In this document: positions 1 through 14,549 of the stretch, in pieces
How positions within the stretch are numbered: position 1 is the stretch's first letter
How the letters are laid out: every line of letters begins with the position of its first letter
Source: the human T2T-CHM13v2.0 reference genome, Homo sapiens
Assembly (NCBI RefSeq): GCF_009914755.1
Contig: NC_060928.1
Length of the DNA stretch: 64,000 nucleotides
Strand: one strand, 5' to 3'
The notes under the pieces: generated by a model
Seen by the model: the letters and a program-made list of their open reading frames with translations, nothing else
What the model was told of the DNA's origin: nothing
The model's database searches: none
Program-made: the position numbers and the translations under genes

Positions 1-229
1 ATCATTTCACTGAATATATTTTATCCTGAATTTACAGGAATAGTCACTAATGTCTTAGTGTGGCTTAGTTGAAGCAATAGGGCAAAGGAAGCAATCGACT
101 ATGGATTTGTCTCACATGAGCAGAGGGATGACTTTGAGTTCTGGCTGTCCTTTGACCACAAGGAATTTCTTTGTGGGAAAACTGTGAGGGAGGCTCAAGA
201 TTTATTTTCCTTTCTCATTAGTAAACATG

Positions 230-870
230 TTTTTATTCCTCTGTTGCAAATACCCAGGAGTGTAACTGCTGTCATATGACAAGTATATTTTTAACTTTAT
301 AAGAAACTGCCAAACCATTTTTTGGATTGGCTATAGCATTTTCCATTTTCTCCAGCAATGTATGGGAGCTCCAGTTGCTCAACACCTTCCAGCATTTGGT
401 GTTATTAGTTCTTATTTTATTATTTTACTCATTCTAATATGTATATATTGGTAGCTTATCATGGCTTTCATATTGATTTCCCTAATAGCCAATGGCATTG
501 AGCATATTTTCATAGGCTTATTTGTCCTCATTTTGGTGTTTATTAAAGTTTTTTCTCAAGTTTTTAAATTCTCCTGTTGTTGACTATTTAAAAATCTTCA
601 TATTCTAGATACAAAGCTCTGTACTGTGTTTTGAAAACACAATCTAGCCTACAGCTAGTCTTTTTATTCTCATACAGTGTCTTTAGCAGAGCAATTTTGA
701 GAAAATACAATTTACCATTTTATTTTCCTTTTGTAGATATTTCATTTGGTGCCATGACTCAGAATCCTACACATCTTTGGGTTAAATTTTTTTTCTATGT
801 TTTGTTTTGCATACTTCTAAAATCTATGACTCATTTTTATAGATATGAGTTATAAAGTTGAGGTCGTTTT
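230..870 (-). mobile_element. Old L1M 3'-region fragment, antisense
   Basis: Degenerate antisense L1 ORF2-end/3' motifs (aaatacccaggagtgtaactgctg, aagaaactgccaaacc, ttccattttctccagcaatgtatg, attgagcatattttcatagg). Boundaries approximate. Confidence 0.65.
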
Positions 871-889
871 TGTATATGAATGAGAACAA

Positions 890-1195
890 ATACTGAGGTA
901 TGCAAGAATCTGAATGAATCTCAGATGCATTATGCCAACTTACAGACTAAAAGACTATCTCTATGATGTATATTTTATGATTCTAATTATATAAAATTAT
1001 AGAAAGAGGCAAAACTATAGTGACAGAAATCTTCTCAGTAGTTTTCATGGGCTAGGATGGGGGAAGGGGTAAAAATATTTTATGATTGTGTTGGTGTTGG
1101 TTACATCACTGTACATATTTTTTCAACCCCATTGAATTGTACATTTAATATTGATAAATTTTATATCAATTATACTTCAACATGATTGTTTAAAA
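890..1195 (+). mobile_element. Old L1M (L1MC/ME-like) 3' UTR fragment
   Basis: tgaatctcagatgcattatg...aggcaaaactatagtgacagaaa...attgaattgtacattt...caattatacttcaa resembles L1M 3' ends. Confidence 0.6.
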
Positions 1196-1776
1196 AGGCA
1201 TGATAAAAGGACCTACAAGTATTGTTACTTTGTCCTAGGTAAAAATATATAATCTACTTGGAAAAGCAATATATAGTTTTTAAAAATCATCAAGTAAAGC
1301 AGTAAGGGTACGTGGTGTATCAATGCAGGCTCATAGAATGAAGCAGTTATGAAGGTAAGGGGAACAGAAAACGTTTTGTGAACCAGGACACATTTTGTGA
1401 ACATGAATGCACTGTGTAAAATATATTTTAAAATAAATAACATTCAGTGATGTAGATAACAAGAACACACCGCAGTGAAAACGTAACTGGTATGCATCTG
1501 AAGGCATGCTTGCTCATGGTTTCTTGGTGTGGGTGCATCTAATTGCAATAGAGGTGTTCATACTGTAGACAGAAAACAAAGGACGGTTTCCTACTTTTTA
1601 GGATTAGCCAGAGTAGTGGATGATGGAAGAATGCTGGTAAAAGAACTGGTTATCCTAAAAGTCATTCAATGAGTTATTCACTTCATCATCTTAAAAAACA
1701 CTTATTTTAAGGAACATAGCTGTACTCATGCAGTATGTAATTCTTTTATTATTTCTTAGAAAAATCTTACAGCACT

Positions 1777-2769
1777 TGATAGCATCAGGAGGAAGACAAA
1801 TGCGTTAGCATATGAAATCCCACCTTCAAGCCAAAGACAGTTTAAAGCCTGAAGGCCAAGCTACAAGTCAAATCCACAAACTGGATTGAGACCCTGTATT
1901 CCTGTTTGGCGCACTTTCCTTTGATTGATCCCCATCCTTCACCTATTTTACATATACTTGTCTTTCCCTAATTGTTTTTACACTGTGCCCAACTTTGACT
2001 GGTGCCTTCATTTTAAACTTTTTGCATACTCACAAACCAATCAACACACACTGTCTTATCCTGTGCCTACAAAAGCCCCAGACTCAGCCACATTGGGGAG
2101 ATGGCCTGACTTCAGGAGAGATAACCCAACCTTCCTGTCTTCTCTCTGCTGAGAGCTGTTTCAATGCTCAATAAAATTATCTGCCCTTACCACCCTTCAA
2201 TCGTCAGCATAACCTCATTCTTCTTGGACACAGGACAAGAGATTGGGACACACTGAACTTGGGTACCCAGAAAGGCTGTAACACTGGCCCTCTGCCTTAG
2301 CTGCCAGAGGGCAGCTGCCCCATTCAATGGAAGTGGTGGTGGGGCCGAGCTGGTCCCAGAGCCACAGGCCAGAATGGGGCAAAGGATTGACTGAGCTGAT
2401 GACATGCCACCATCTATCATGCTGGAGACAGCAGAATTTAAAAAGCTAAGTAGCACACTGTAACCCCCTCTGGGACTTCAGGGTTGTGGGCACCCCAGCA
2501 TGGGTGTCACAATGTTTCCCTCAGGGTGACATTCCTGGTCTGAGCATGGGCCCCACATGGATCCTGCTCCTGTGTCAGCACTCAGAGTGGTGGCCGTACC
2601 CCACGCTCACTCACTCACATGCTCCCTTCCACCAGTGGCTGAGTGCTTGGTTGTGGCATCCGCAGGAGCCACAGGCCAGAGCACAGGCCAGATGCAGCCC
2701 AGCTGACTGAGTAGATGGGGCACCCCCTGCGGTGAGCCCAACAAAGAGGCTGGGAAAAATCCCGTGTCA
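1777..2769 (+). mobile_element. Solo ERV1 LTR (LTR27/LTR28/MER52 group)
   Basis: Starts TGATAGCATCAGGAGGAAGACAAAT, has AATAAA near 2170 and a GC-rich U5, and ends AAAAATCCCGTGTCA (TG...CA termini). Subfamily from recall. Confidence 0.7.
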
Positions 2770-2988
2770 CTTTGGTTTTCTTTGTCAAAACGACTTTCAT
2801 TGGTTAATGATAGGATTAAAAAGAACAAATTATTATTCACAAAATAAGGCATTTCAATACCTGTAATGACAACTTGACCTTCTTTACAGCTGAAACTATC
2901 TATAGCCTATAAAGTTTACTGAAGTTTCTGACTAAATCCCTTTGTTCAAAAGGAAGACTTTCAGGAGACCCAGACCAGTGTCTGAATA

Positions 2989-3332
2989 CCATAGTCCCCA
3001 TTTTTCATGGGGGATACTTTCTAAGACCCCCCATGAATGCCTTATACCACAGATAGTACTGGATGGACTCTATATATGTGTGGGTTTTTTTCCTATATAC
3101 GTATATGCATATACACATATACACAGACATACCTATTATAAAGTTTAATTTAAACTAGGCACAGTAAGAGATTGATAAATAATAGCAAAATAGAACAATT
3201 CTAACAATACTCAGAAAAAATGCACAATTTAAAACTTATGAATTATTTATTTCTGGAATTTTCTATGTAATATTTTGGACCACAATAACTGAAACTGTAG
3301 AAATGGAAACTTCAGGTGAGTGGGGACTACTG
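2989..3332 (-). mobile_element. MER44 (Tigger7-derived) non-autonomous DNA transposon
   Basis: Terminal inverted repeats ccatagtcccc / ggggactactg flanked by TA on both sides. Internal aaaacttatgaattatttatttctggaatt is the reverse complement of the MER44 left end. Confidence 0.75.
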
Positions 3333-3883
3333 TATTAGCCATTACTAGGTCAACATTTTAATCTTTATTTCTTATAACCCAACTTCTAGTTCCTGGGAAC
3401 CTACCTTATTGACCATGCCAGAGGCTTTTCTTGATATACTGGCCAGTTCCTCCAAGGTGCTGGAGTTGTCTTGAATCTCAGTTCCCCACTATTGAGATCC
3501 AAAAGCTCATTGTCAGATTTTTTTGATGCTTCACTGATCTGTTACATTCTTGACTCTCATCGTGCACTTCTGCCAGCCAAGTAGACCACTGACCTTTCTG
3601 TCTTAAATTTCCCTCATGCACCACCCATTTCCCTGCCTCTCAGATATCCTCGATTCTTTACCATAATGGTCCATCAACACTCTCCATTACTGTTCAGCGA
3701 TAATATCCTCCTCTAAAAGAGCAGAAATATCCTTACAGCCACTGATTAATACCCTTGTAGATTAATGTAAATAAAGAATCGCAGTTCATCTGCATCTGCA
3801 AGTCTAGCAATCACAATGCCCTTCCAAACATTTGACACCTGCGTTACAACATCCTTTCCTATTACATCTTAAATCGTATTCTA

Positions 3884-4205
3884 GCCTGGGTGCAGTGGCT
3901 CATGCCTGTAATCCCAGCACTTTGGGAGGCCGAGGTGGGTGGATCACGAGGCCAGGAGTGCAAGATGGTGAAACCCCGTCTGGCCAAGATGGTGAAAGCC
4001 TGGCTGAGATGGCAAAACCCCGTCTCTACTAAAAATAAAAAATTAGCCAGGCGTCGTGGCAGGTGCCTGTAATCCCAGCTACTCGGGAGGCTGAGGCAGA
4101 GAATTGCTTGAACCCAGGAGGTGGAGGTTGCAGTGAGCCAAGATCACGCCACTGTACTCCAGCCTGGGCAACAGAGCAAGATTCCATCTCAAAAAAATAA
4201 AATAA
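3884..4205 (+). mobile_element. AluS with rearranged left arm
   Basis: Dimeric Alu with A-tail; TSD aaatc(g/t)tattcta on both sides. Confidence 0.95.
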
Positions 4206-4450
4206 AAATCTTATTCTACACTGGACAGTTTATTATTTATCAAACATATCCAGTTGTTACCTGCCTTATCATGTTGCAATGATGCATCTCCCTATCCTTC
4301 AACATTGCTTAGTCAGATCCCTCTGATCTTTGGAGTCATAGCTCATTTGACATTTTTCCATGAAACTATTCTATTCTTCTAAAATGAAGATTATCTCTCC
4401 TTAGACTGAACTTACAGGACATTTTGTTTGAAACTTTATGACAGCACAGT

Positions 4451-5151
<701 letters not shown>

Positions 5152-5612
5152 ACAGTGATTCTATATGGTGATGAAGTTATGTGCACCAATTTCCCAACCT
5201 TCATTAGCTCAGATGCTTCTTGAAAACAGAGAAGTGTATTACCTCACATCTCACTGTTCTCTCCAAGAGTTGAAGGACCTATCATAACATAATGCTTATA
5301 TATTTTTAATATTTCTTACTCTAAATAATTAGATAATAAGCATTTAAATGCCCATTATACACTCAATACTGAGTTAGAAACCAGATGAGAAAACATAAAA
5401 TATAACTCTATCTTTAAAGTATTTGCACCTCGATGGGAAAGATAAACAAATGAGTACAATTTCTATGCAAGGCTGGAAGTATACTGTGGTGCTTAAGAGG
5501 AGTGAAGAAGTTGTATAATAAAGGAAAATTGTTATTAGGGAATGATTTCAAGAGAAAGTGATAGCTGAGCTGAGTTTTGAGTGGGATATATCCTTAAAAA
5601 ATAGGGAGGGAA

Positions 5613-5938
<326 letters not shown>

Positions 5939-7099
5939 CTAAGAATAGTTAGCAGAGTATACAAAGTCCTTGATATGTGAGAGATGAGTTCAGTATTGCT
6001 GAAACATAGACTGAAAAGAGTCATGGCAAAAAAGGGTCTAGAAACATTAAAGGGCATTATTTCCATTGGCACAGGTTTGGCCAGATTGAAGGGTTTTAGG
6101 TAAAGTAGTAGCATGACCAGAGTTACCTCTTAGAAATGTATTGGGAGCAAAACTGGTGGCAAGAAAACCAATCATAATGTTACTGCACATTAATGAGAAG
6201 GATGTGAAGGAACATGAAACAGTTGCCTATTGGACATGAAAGGCCATATTCTAGATTTAAGGATATATAATATTTATTTTGGAAAACAAAGGAGAGGAAA
6301 AAAGAGGTGGGAATAATACAGTATGATCTTCAGATTATTTCATGACTATAATAGAAAATTTAAGAAATAAAAATAATGTGGGGTGAAGATAAATTTCTAT
6401 CTGAAGAGGAAAATGATTCTATAATTATCTGTGGATTGTTGAACACATAATACTGGGTCTTGGCTTATGATATTACAAGGCATCATAAATGTACTGGTAG
6501 TTGCACAAGACTGAGCAACTAGGTTATAATTATCTCTGGAAAACGAAGCAGAAAAATAGGAAAAAGAGTTGAAGAGTATTTTTAAAATGGTAGTTGAATG
6601 TGTAAAATACGTGGTCTAAGTTAATGTCTCTCAAATTCATAACACATCTACCCAGTTAGGGGAAAGTCCCCCCTTCTTCTTACACCCCATCTATGCCCTC
6701 ATTTCCATGGTAAAGTAACTACACTGATAACAAAGAATTAGAGCAGTAACAGAAGGTGCTTTAAAATTTTGTAAAAGATCATTATAGTTATATATTTAAT
6801 TATAAATTTTTAAAAGTGAACAAAAGTTGCCCAAAGGTCTTTTTAAACTGAATCTTATCACATGCTATAAATATTTTAAATAATAAAAGTTTGCAGGCAG
6901 CATAACACTTATAAAATGTGACCTTCATGCAAATTTTGGGGCGATTATTAAGATGCAAGAATATAATTTTCATGGAAATATTAAAATATGCATATATTTA
7001 TTCTGAAATTGGCATGTTTACAATCAGCCCAGATCAAAATAAATTGATATTTTGAAGCTAAAACAACAGACTACTTTTTTAAAATCAAATTTAGCATAG

Positions 7100-7422
<323 letters not shown>

Positions 7423-9371
7423 CATTTCGTGTTTCTTTAAGAAAAATACATAATGCAGGAGAGTGGCAAATTCTGGATGTTGCAATGACTAGAAAGCAAT
7501 AAGGAGAATGAAGTTCAATACTCAATTCTAAGTTATGTGTTCCAGTCTCTTGTTGATATACTGTGTTCCTGTGTAAATTTTCACCGTTACCTCCAAATTT
7601 CTAGTAAAACTACAAGGTATGGAGTTCACTCACATGTTGCTTTGTTCAAATTAAATATATGTATTAATATTTTACATATTGCTTTGTAAAATTAAGTATA
7701 AAGGGCTTATGTCCAGGTATGTGTTGGTGCAGGTCAGAGACAGATTGATCAGAAGTGCAGAGAATCAGTGATATAAAACACTCAAAGAAAGGAGAAAATT
7801 GAAGCAAGAGATCATTAGTAGAATTATAAACCCCTTGAGAGTTTTCATACATACAATGAAAGGAAATGATTTTACAAAGCTAGAAGTTTTGGGAACATGC
7901 AAAGAGATGACTTCTTGGTTACATTAATATAATCAGATATATATGGATATGATAGTTCTATTATGTGCTTTTGGGGCCTTCATTGTCTAACCTTATGTTA
8001 TTAAATTCTAGAAAACTGTTGCAGGTATAATTACTTATATTTTAATGTTATCTATTTTCTTTATGTGAAATCTAATGTACTTTATTAGTTCTACTTAAAA
8101 GTCCATTGGTGTTTTTGGAGTAACTCTAAATGTTTCACTAAACAGAATACATTTATGCATGTGGAATAAATGGGGTAAGCTGGAACTAGTTTGATGTTTT
8201 CCTTATAGTCTCATAACATATCATTTCGCCATTATGTACTGCAAAAAAATTGCTGATATTGATGGCATAATAGAAGTAGTTCCTTTCAGAATACACAAGT
8301 GGCTCAGAAACCATAATCATCGATATCTAATTGTGTGCTTTGGTTTGTATGGTGCTTCTCTACCTGTCAGCGGTAGGGCTTTGTGGATAAACTATAATTC
8401 CAACCAAATGATTCTGAGAGTCAGTAAAATCTAATAAGCCCCACAATTTCAAAGAGATGTACACTGAAATAGATATGCTTGGTGATTGTTTGCAGATGTG
8501 ATCACTGGCTTGAAACTGCAGACGCTCTTTTTCTTAAAACAGTAATAAAACTGAGTATTATCTGTATTGAATGGATGTAACTTTATATTACTTTCATTAT
8601 ACCACAGAGGACAATTTATGCAATGCAAAACTTACTTTAGAAAAAAAAGAGTTCCACATATCACTTTCATGCTGGCTTTCTGTTCAATGAAATCCTAGTT
8701 TATTCTGATTCTGAAGAGAGACTTGAAGAGGTAAAATAATGTTAAAATGCATGCCATTTTAGTTTAGATGTCCCCATTTGGATTCACAGCATGCTATAGA
8801 GAAGTATTTGATTGCTGATGTCGTGTAGGAAATTGCTTTATAAAAGCCATGCTGGATTTTCAAGCCAGGACCAAATGATGACATTACCATTTGGATTATT
8901 TCAAAAGGACTGAATATATCACTTTTTCTTTGTTTTCCTGTGGTTTCACTGGTCATTTTTGGTTTTGCTTCCCACCTCCCCATTACCCACACTCCCCATC
9001 ACACACACATCTGAGAGGCAGAAACAGAGAATTGAGGTGAAGACCATTGGATTTGGAGGCAGGCAAATATTTGAATTTGGAGTCTCAGTTTGGGCCCTGT
9101 CCAACCTTTGTTCTTTAGCTTGCACAAAAAAAACCCTCTATACACCAGTTTCCTTAAGCACAAAATAGAATGATAAACCACCTTATCTCTTTCACGTTTT
9201 TAATCCATATTTCTTGAGAGGCTATTATGTTCCAGGCACTGGAAATATCTAGAGAAGTAGATAGAGGGCAAATCATGGGGAGTGTGTAGTCCATGTCAAA
9301 ATACTTAAACAATTTAGTTTCAAGGCAACTGGGAACTAATGATCCACTCATCGGATTTGTCTTTCTCTTCT

Positions 9372-11814
9372 GGGATCATGGTAGACAGGAGGCAAGACTA
9401 GATTGCAGCTCCAGACAGAGCAGCATGCGGAGGCTTGCACTGTGAATTTTAGCTCCAGATTGACTGCAAGAACAAACCAGCAATCCCGAGAGGAGCCACA
9501 GACCCTCTGAAGGAAGCGGCCTGCTCCTGCAGGACCCTGGAGACACCCAAATACTGTGAGTGCCCCAACTGGGGAAGTGGGAAAGGGAGACCCTCCTCCC
9601 CCGAACACACAACCCCACTGGAGAAGCTGAAGGTCTGCTTGCGGAGAAGTTTCTGACGTTACCTGGAGCTGAGTCAAGTTAGAGAGCCCAGTGAAATACA
9701 GGGGCAGAGGAAGCAGCAGGAAGGCCCTGGGAGCTTGCTGGGTCCCCAGCAGCCCATTCCTGGTTGGCACCACAGGGATCCATCGTGAGGGTGGCCTGAG
9801 GAGCAGGGGGTAAAACTCCACAGGTAGAAGCACTTCTCTTGGTGAACTCTGTAATGATTTGAAAGGGGCAAGAAGCCCCCCTGGCCAGAACTTGGGGGAG
9901 GGCGCGAATCGGATATGCAGACTTCACAGGTGGGGAAAAGCTAACACCCTTTTCTGTGGCAGCTGGGAGGCGGATAGTCTCAGACAACTTTTCAAGCCCC
10001 TCTGGCCCTCCACCTGGAAACAGACTCGGGGCTGTCAGTGGGGGCATAGTGGGAGTGAGACCGGCCCTTCAGTTTGCATGGGAGCTGGGTGAGGCCTGTG
10101 ACTGCTGGCTTTCCCCTACTTACCTGACAACCTGCATGACTCAGCAGAGACAGCCATAATCCTCCTAGATACACAACTCCAGTGACCTGGGAATCTCACC
10201 CCCATCCTCCACAGCAGCCGCAGCAAGACCCGCCCAAGAAGAGTCTGAGCTCAGACACACCTAGCCCTGCTGTCACCTGATGGTCCTTCCATATCCCCCA
10301 TGGTATATAACCTGGTATATAATCCTCCCTGGTATATAAGACAAAGGGCAAATAATCTTGGGAGTTCTAGGGTCCTGCCCACCATTGGTCCCTCTCCACA
10401 CTATGCAGCTGATGCTTTCTGTAAAGCACCACCTCCTGGCAGGAGGTCAACCAGCACAAAAATAGAGCATTAAGCCACCAAAGCTAAGGACTCTCATGGA
10501 GTCCATTGCACCCTCTGCCACCTCCACTGGAACAGGCATTGGTATCCACAGCTGAGAGACCCATAGATGGTTCACATCACAGGACTCTGTGCAGACAACC
10601 CCCAGTACCAGCCTGGAGCTGCATAAATTTGCTGGGTGGCTAGACCCAGAGGAGAGACAACAATCACTGCAGTTCAGCTTATAGGAAGCCACATTAATAG
10701 GAAAAGGGGGAGAGTACTACATGACGGGAATACCCCATGGGACAAAAGAGTCTGAACAACAGACTTCAGCCCTAGACCTTCCCTCTGACAGAGCTTACCC
10801 AAATGAGAATGTAGCAGGACGAGCTGCAGACAAAACCTCTCAGGCACCGAGTTATGGAAGGAAGGGCTTTATTCACCTGGGAGCATCGGCAAGCTACTGC
10901 CTCAAAATCCGCGCTCCCCGAATGCTCAATTTCTGTCCCTCTTAAGGGCTCACAACACTAAAGATTTCACATGAAAGGGTCGTGATTGATTTGAGCAAGC
11001 AGGCGGTACGTGACAGGGGCTGCATGCACGGGTGGTCAGAGAGAAACAGAACAGGGCAGGGAGTTTCACAATGCTCTTCTATACAATGTCTGGAATCTAT
11101 GAATAACATCGGTTTCTAAGTTATGAATTGATTTTTAACTACTGGATTTAGGCCAGGCAGGCCCAGGCCTGGTTTCAGGCCTGGTGCCAGGCTGCCTGTC
11201 TTTGGTTTTACTTCCTTGTTGTTTTTCTTAAAACAGGTACTGAGTATAAAACAATATAAAACAATATGAGAGGGTCTCTCTCCTCCCTCAAAAAAGAACC
11301 AGAAAAACAACCCTGGTAATATGACAAAACAAGCCTTTTCAGTACCCCCCAAAAATCACACTGGTTCACCAGCAATGGATCCAAACTAAGAAGAAATCCC
11401 TGATTTACCTGAAAAAGTATTCAAAGCTTAGTTATTAAGCTAATCAGGGAGGGGCTAGAGAAAGGCAAAGCCCAATGCAAGGAAATCCAAAAAATTATAC
11501 AAGAAGTGAAGGGAGAAATATTCATGGAAATAGATAGTTTGAAGAAAAAAAACAATAAAAAATTCAGGACACTGTGGACACACTTTTAGAAATGCAAAAT
11601 GCTCTGGAAAGTCTCAGCAATAGAATTGAACAAGTAGAAGAAATTCAGAGTTTGAAGACAAGGACTTCGAACTAACCCAATACAAGAAAGAAAAGAAAAA
11701 AGAATAAGAAAATATGAACAAAGGCTCCAAGCACTAAACAGTTTATCAAGACAGAAAGTCAAAAAAAAAAAAACAATAGATTTAAACTACACCTTGGAAC
11801 AAATGGACCTAACA
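9372..11814 (+). mobile_element. L1PB-type 5' UTR + ORF1 N-terminus + short ORF2 endonuclease piece, interrupted by an LTR
   Basis: 5' end gacaggaggcaagactagattgcagctcc and GC-rich UTR. ORF1 start atgagaa...agaaccagaaaaacaaccctggtaatatgacaaaacaag. From 11731 the sequence is ORF2-EN-like (DLNYTLEQMDLTD). Confidence 0.8.
10810..11290 (-). mobile_element. Solo LTR2B-type LTR (HERV-E/Harlequin group)
   Basis: Minus strand starts TGAGGGAGGAGAGAGACCCTCTCATATTGTTTTATATTG and ends CTCGTCCTGCTACA; near-TSD agaa/aaaa. Confidence 0.85.
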
Positions 11815-11886
11815 GACCTCAGGTGATCCGCCAGCCTTGGCTTCCCAAAGTGCTAGGATTACAGGTGTGAGCCAAAGTGCCCGGCC
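11815..11886 (-). mobile_element. Alu 5'-end fragment (72 bp)
   Basis: gacctcaggtgatccgcc...cccaaagtgctaggattacagg...cccggcc; the rest of the Alu is absent. Confidence 0.9.
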
Positions 11887-12217
11887 CAGAATTTATTAAG
11901 CAAAAGGAAAGCTCTCAACAAAAAGAGCAGTCCTGCACTCAGGTTTCCACCTCACAAATTGAATTCCAGGCCACCACACAGGAGTTGATGAGGCCAGGCT
12001 CCTCCCCAGTATACAGCACAAATTCCTGGTGGCTCTACCCCATTCCTCCAGTGCATGTTCGCCTCCGGTTCGTTGTGGGCATGCCCAGGCAAGACCCTGC
12101 ACTGGTTCCTTTATCTGCACAAAAACATCTGGTGTGAATACTTGTGGAGCAGGTCAGAGGTTCTCCCGGGGGCCCTTCCCTATTTCCTAGGCATTTGCCT
12201 GTCTCCTGCCTCTATCA
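11887..12217 (-). mobile_element. Partial ERV1 LTR (MER4-group-like), 5' part only
   Basis: Minus strand starts TGATAGAGGCAGGAGACAGGCAAATGCCTAGG; AATAAA lies near the Alu junction. Subfamily uncertain. Confidence 0.65.
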
Positions 12218-13199
12218 ATGGTAAAAATACCTTTCTCACAGTTTAAGAGATAATGTATGAAAAGCAACCTACAAAGTCTAAAATACAAACTCATTAAAAA
12301 AAAAAAGCACACAAATCACCAGAACCTTTGTGCCTATGATCATGTTTACCAAAGAAAAGTAACCAAAGCTGTGAGTTATCATTCAGAAATTATCTATATC
12401 TGTCTGGCCATTTGATACCTCTAAGTCCTTAACCTTGTTATTTTAGTGGATGACATTGTTTTATCATTAACAAGAATACTTTTCCTTGCATCCAAATGAA
12501 ATTTACTTGTTTCTATTTTATTATGTTTTTTAAATTACATAGTCTAAGGATAAATTAATATTTTTCAGAGAGTAAAACTCGATGGAGGTAATGCTGTTTT
12601 ACATTTTCCTTTTTATAAATTTTTAGAAAAATCAGTGACTGCTTTATTTCTCCTGATTGTAAAATCATACATATTGATTATTGAAAAGTTGGACAATATG
12701 AAAATTATAAAGAAGATAATGAAGATGTCTTTAAAATCACACAATAGAGATAAATATTGGTTATAATGCTGTTCAAGATTTTTGTGTTTGGAAAATATAT
12801 CAGACTCTGAATTACTCATTGACTATATAATTTACCATTAACCATTTTCATTATCATTAAATGATTTTAAACACCAATTTGTAATTTCTACAAATCATTT
12901 CTATACATTTACATATCATAATTTCTTCATCCCTTGGGGCATTTTACTTTTGCCTATTTATTTAAGAAGTGAATTTGTATGTAAAGAATATATAAATAAG
13001 ATATTCATGAAGACAAAAGCAGACACTAATAACTAGAAAACCAAAAATTTGGAATAGGTAAATATGAAAAACAGTTAGCTTAAAAAGTACAATAAAATAA
13101 TCATTAGGAAAATTTCCCAGGTTTTAAATCCCAATAATGTTTTGTGCAATTCTTCAAAGAATTTTAAGCATTTTGGTTCACTCTACAGTCTAAAAGCAT

Positions 13200-14420
13200 T
13201 AATTGCCTATAATGTATCTGATCAGATACTATCCAAAGCACTCATGTAGAAAAAGGTAGAGAAGTTCCTATCCTCATTGAGATCATTTTCTAGTGGAGAC
13301 ATAGTCAACAAACAAGCGATTTAGTACCTAAGCTACACTTTATTTGATATAGTCTATAGAAAACAAAGCAGGTTACAGGGTGAAAAAGGGACATATAATT
13401 GTATTTCAGTTAGGGCAGTCAGAAAGACCTTCTTGGGTAGGGTGACTTTTGAACAGAAGAGAAAATTTCAGATGGAAAGTATTTGACAAATCCCTACTCA
13501 ACTGATCTATTCACGGATTTTTTTTTACTCAAGTAATTGATAAGTACCAGACACTTCTCTAGGTGCCAGGGACAACATAATACTAAAAACAAAACTCCTG
13601 TCTTCATGAAGTTTACATACTTGTTGAGAAGACATGTGATCAATAAATGAAAGAAAGAAAGAGAGAGAGAAAGAAGAAAGAAGAAAAAGTAAGAAAGAAA
13701 GAAGAGAGAGAGAGAAAGAGAGAAAGAAAGAAAAAAAGAAAGAAAGAAGGAAAGAAAGAAAAAGAAAAGAAAGGAAGGAAGGAAGAGACATGAGAAGTAC
13801 CATTTTAGTGAGAATGGTCAGGGAACACTTCTCCGAAGAGGCAATATTTCTACAGGGTTATGATTAAAGAACTGAGGTCTAAGAATATCTACAGTCACTG
13901 AAGTGGACCAGGTTTCTTATGTTTAAAAGATAGAAATATGGCAAAATGGAATGACCAAAGGGAGAATAACAGGAAATAAGAAGAGAGAGGTATCCAAGAG
14001 CTAAATCATATATATCATCTTAAGACACGGTAATCATTAAATGATTTTGAGCAGAAGACTGACTTTACTTGTTTATTCCTCTCAAAAAAAAAATTACTCA
14101 AAATGTTTGGAGAACACTCTATGGAGAAGCAAGGGTAGAACCATGTAGTAGTCAAGGTAAGAGATAATATTAATCTATTAGTATAGTGGTAGAATTGGCA
14201 ACAATTAGTCGAATTAGTGACATATATTAAAGTAGAGCTCAGAGAATTCATGGATTAATTATATGTGTGTTGTGCATAAGAAATAGAGATTAAGAATATG
14301 TCCAAGGCTTTTGACCCAGTGAAATGGCTAAGCAAGATGGAATTCTTAGATGAAAAATATTGAAGGAGAAATACTTTCAAGTAAAGGGCAAATAAAAAGT
14401 TTCAGTTAAAAATACCAAGC
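13200..14420 (-). mobile_element. L2 fragments, antisense
   Basis: Degenerate L2 3' motifs (ccagacacttctctaggtgccagggac, cctgtcttcatgaagtttaca, ggtcagggaacacttctccgaagagg). Confidence 0.55.
13649..13788. repeat. Compound (GAAA)n/(GA)n/(GGAA)n polypurine tract
   Basis: About 140 bp of purines with a single T. Confidence 0.95.
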
Positions 14421-14549
14421 ATACTATTATTGAATGCCTCATATATTTTTAAGAGAAAATGCCTTCATTTAGAAAAAAATTCAGGACTTAACACTTCCAT
14501 AGATAACAATAGTAATATTTGGACAAAATATAAAAGTAATCATTGGATC

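Noticed and set aside
9348-9833. 161-aa antisense ORF in the L1 5' UTR (possible ORF0 analogue)
   Set aside because: Starts at GTG, lies in GC-rich stop-poor sequence, and shows no recognisable similarity to ORF0.
13525-13803. Hydrophobic 92-aa ORF resembling a membrane peptide
   Set aside because: It is the complement of the (GAAA)n tract, giving F/L/S runs.
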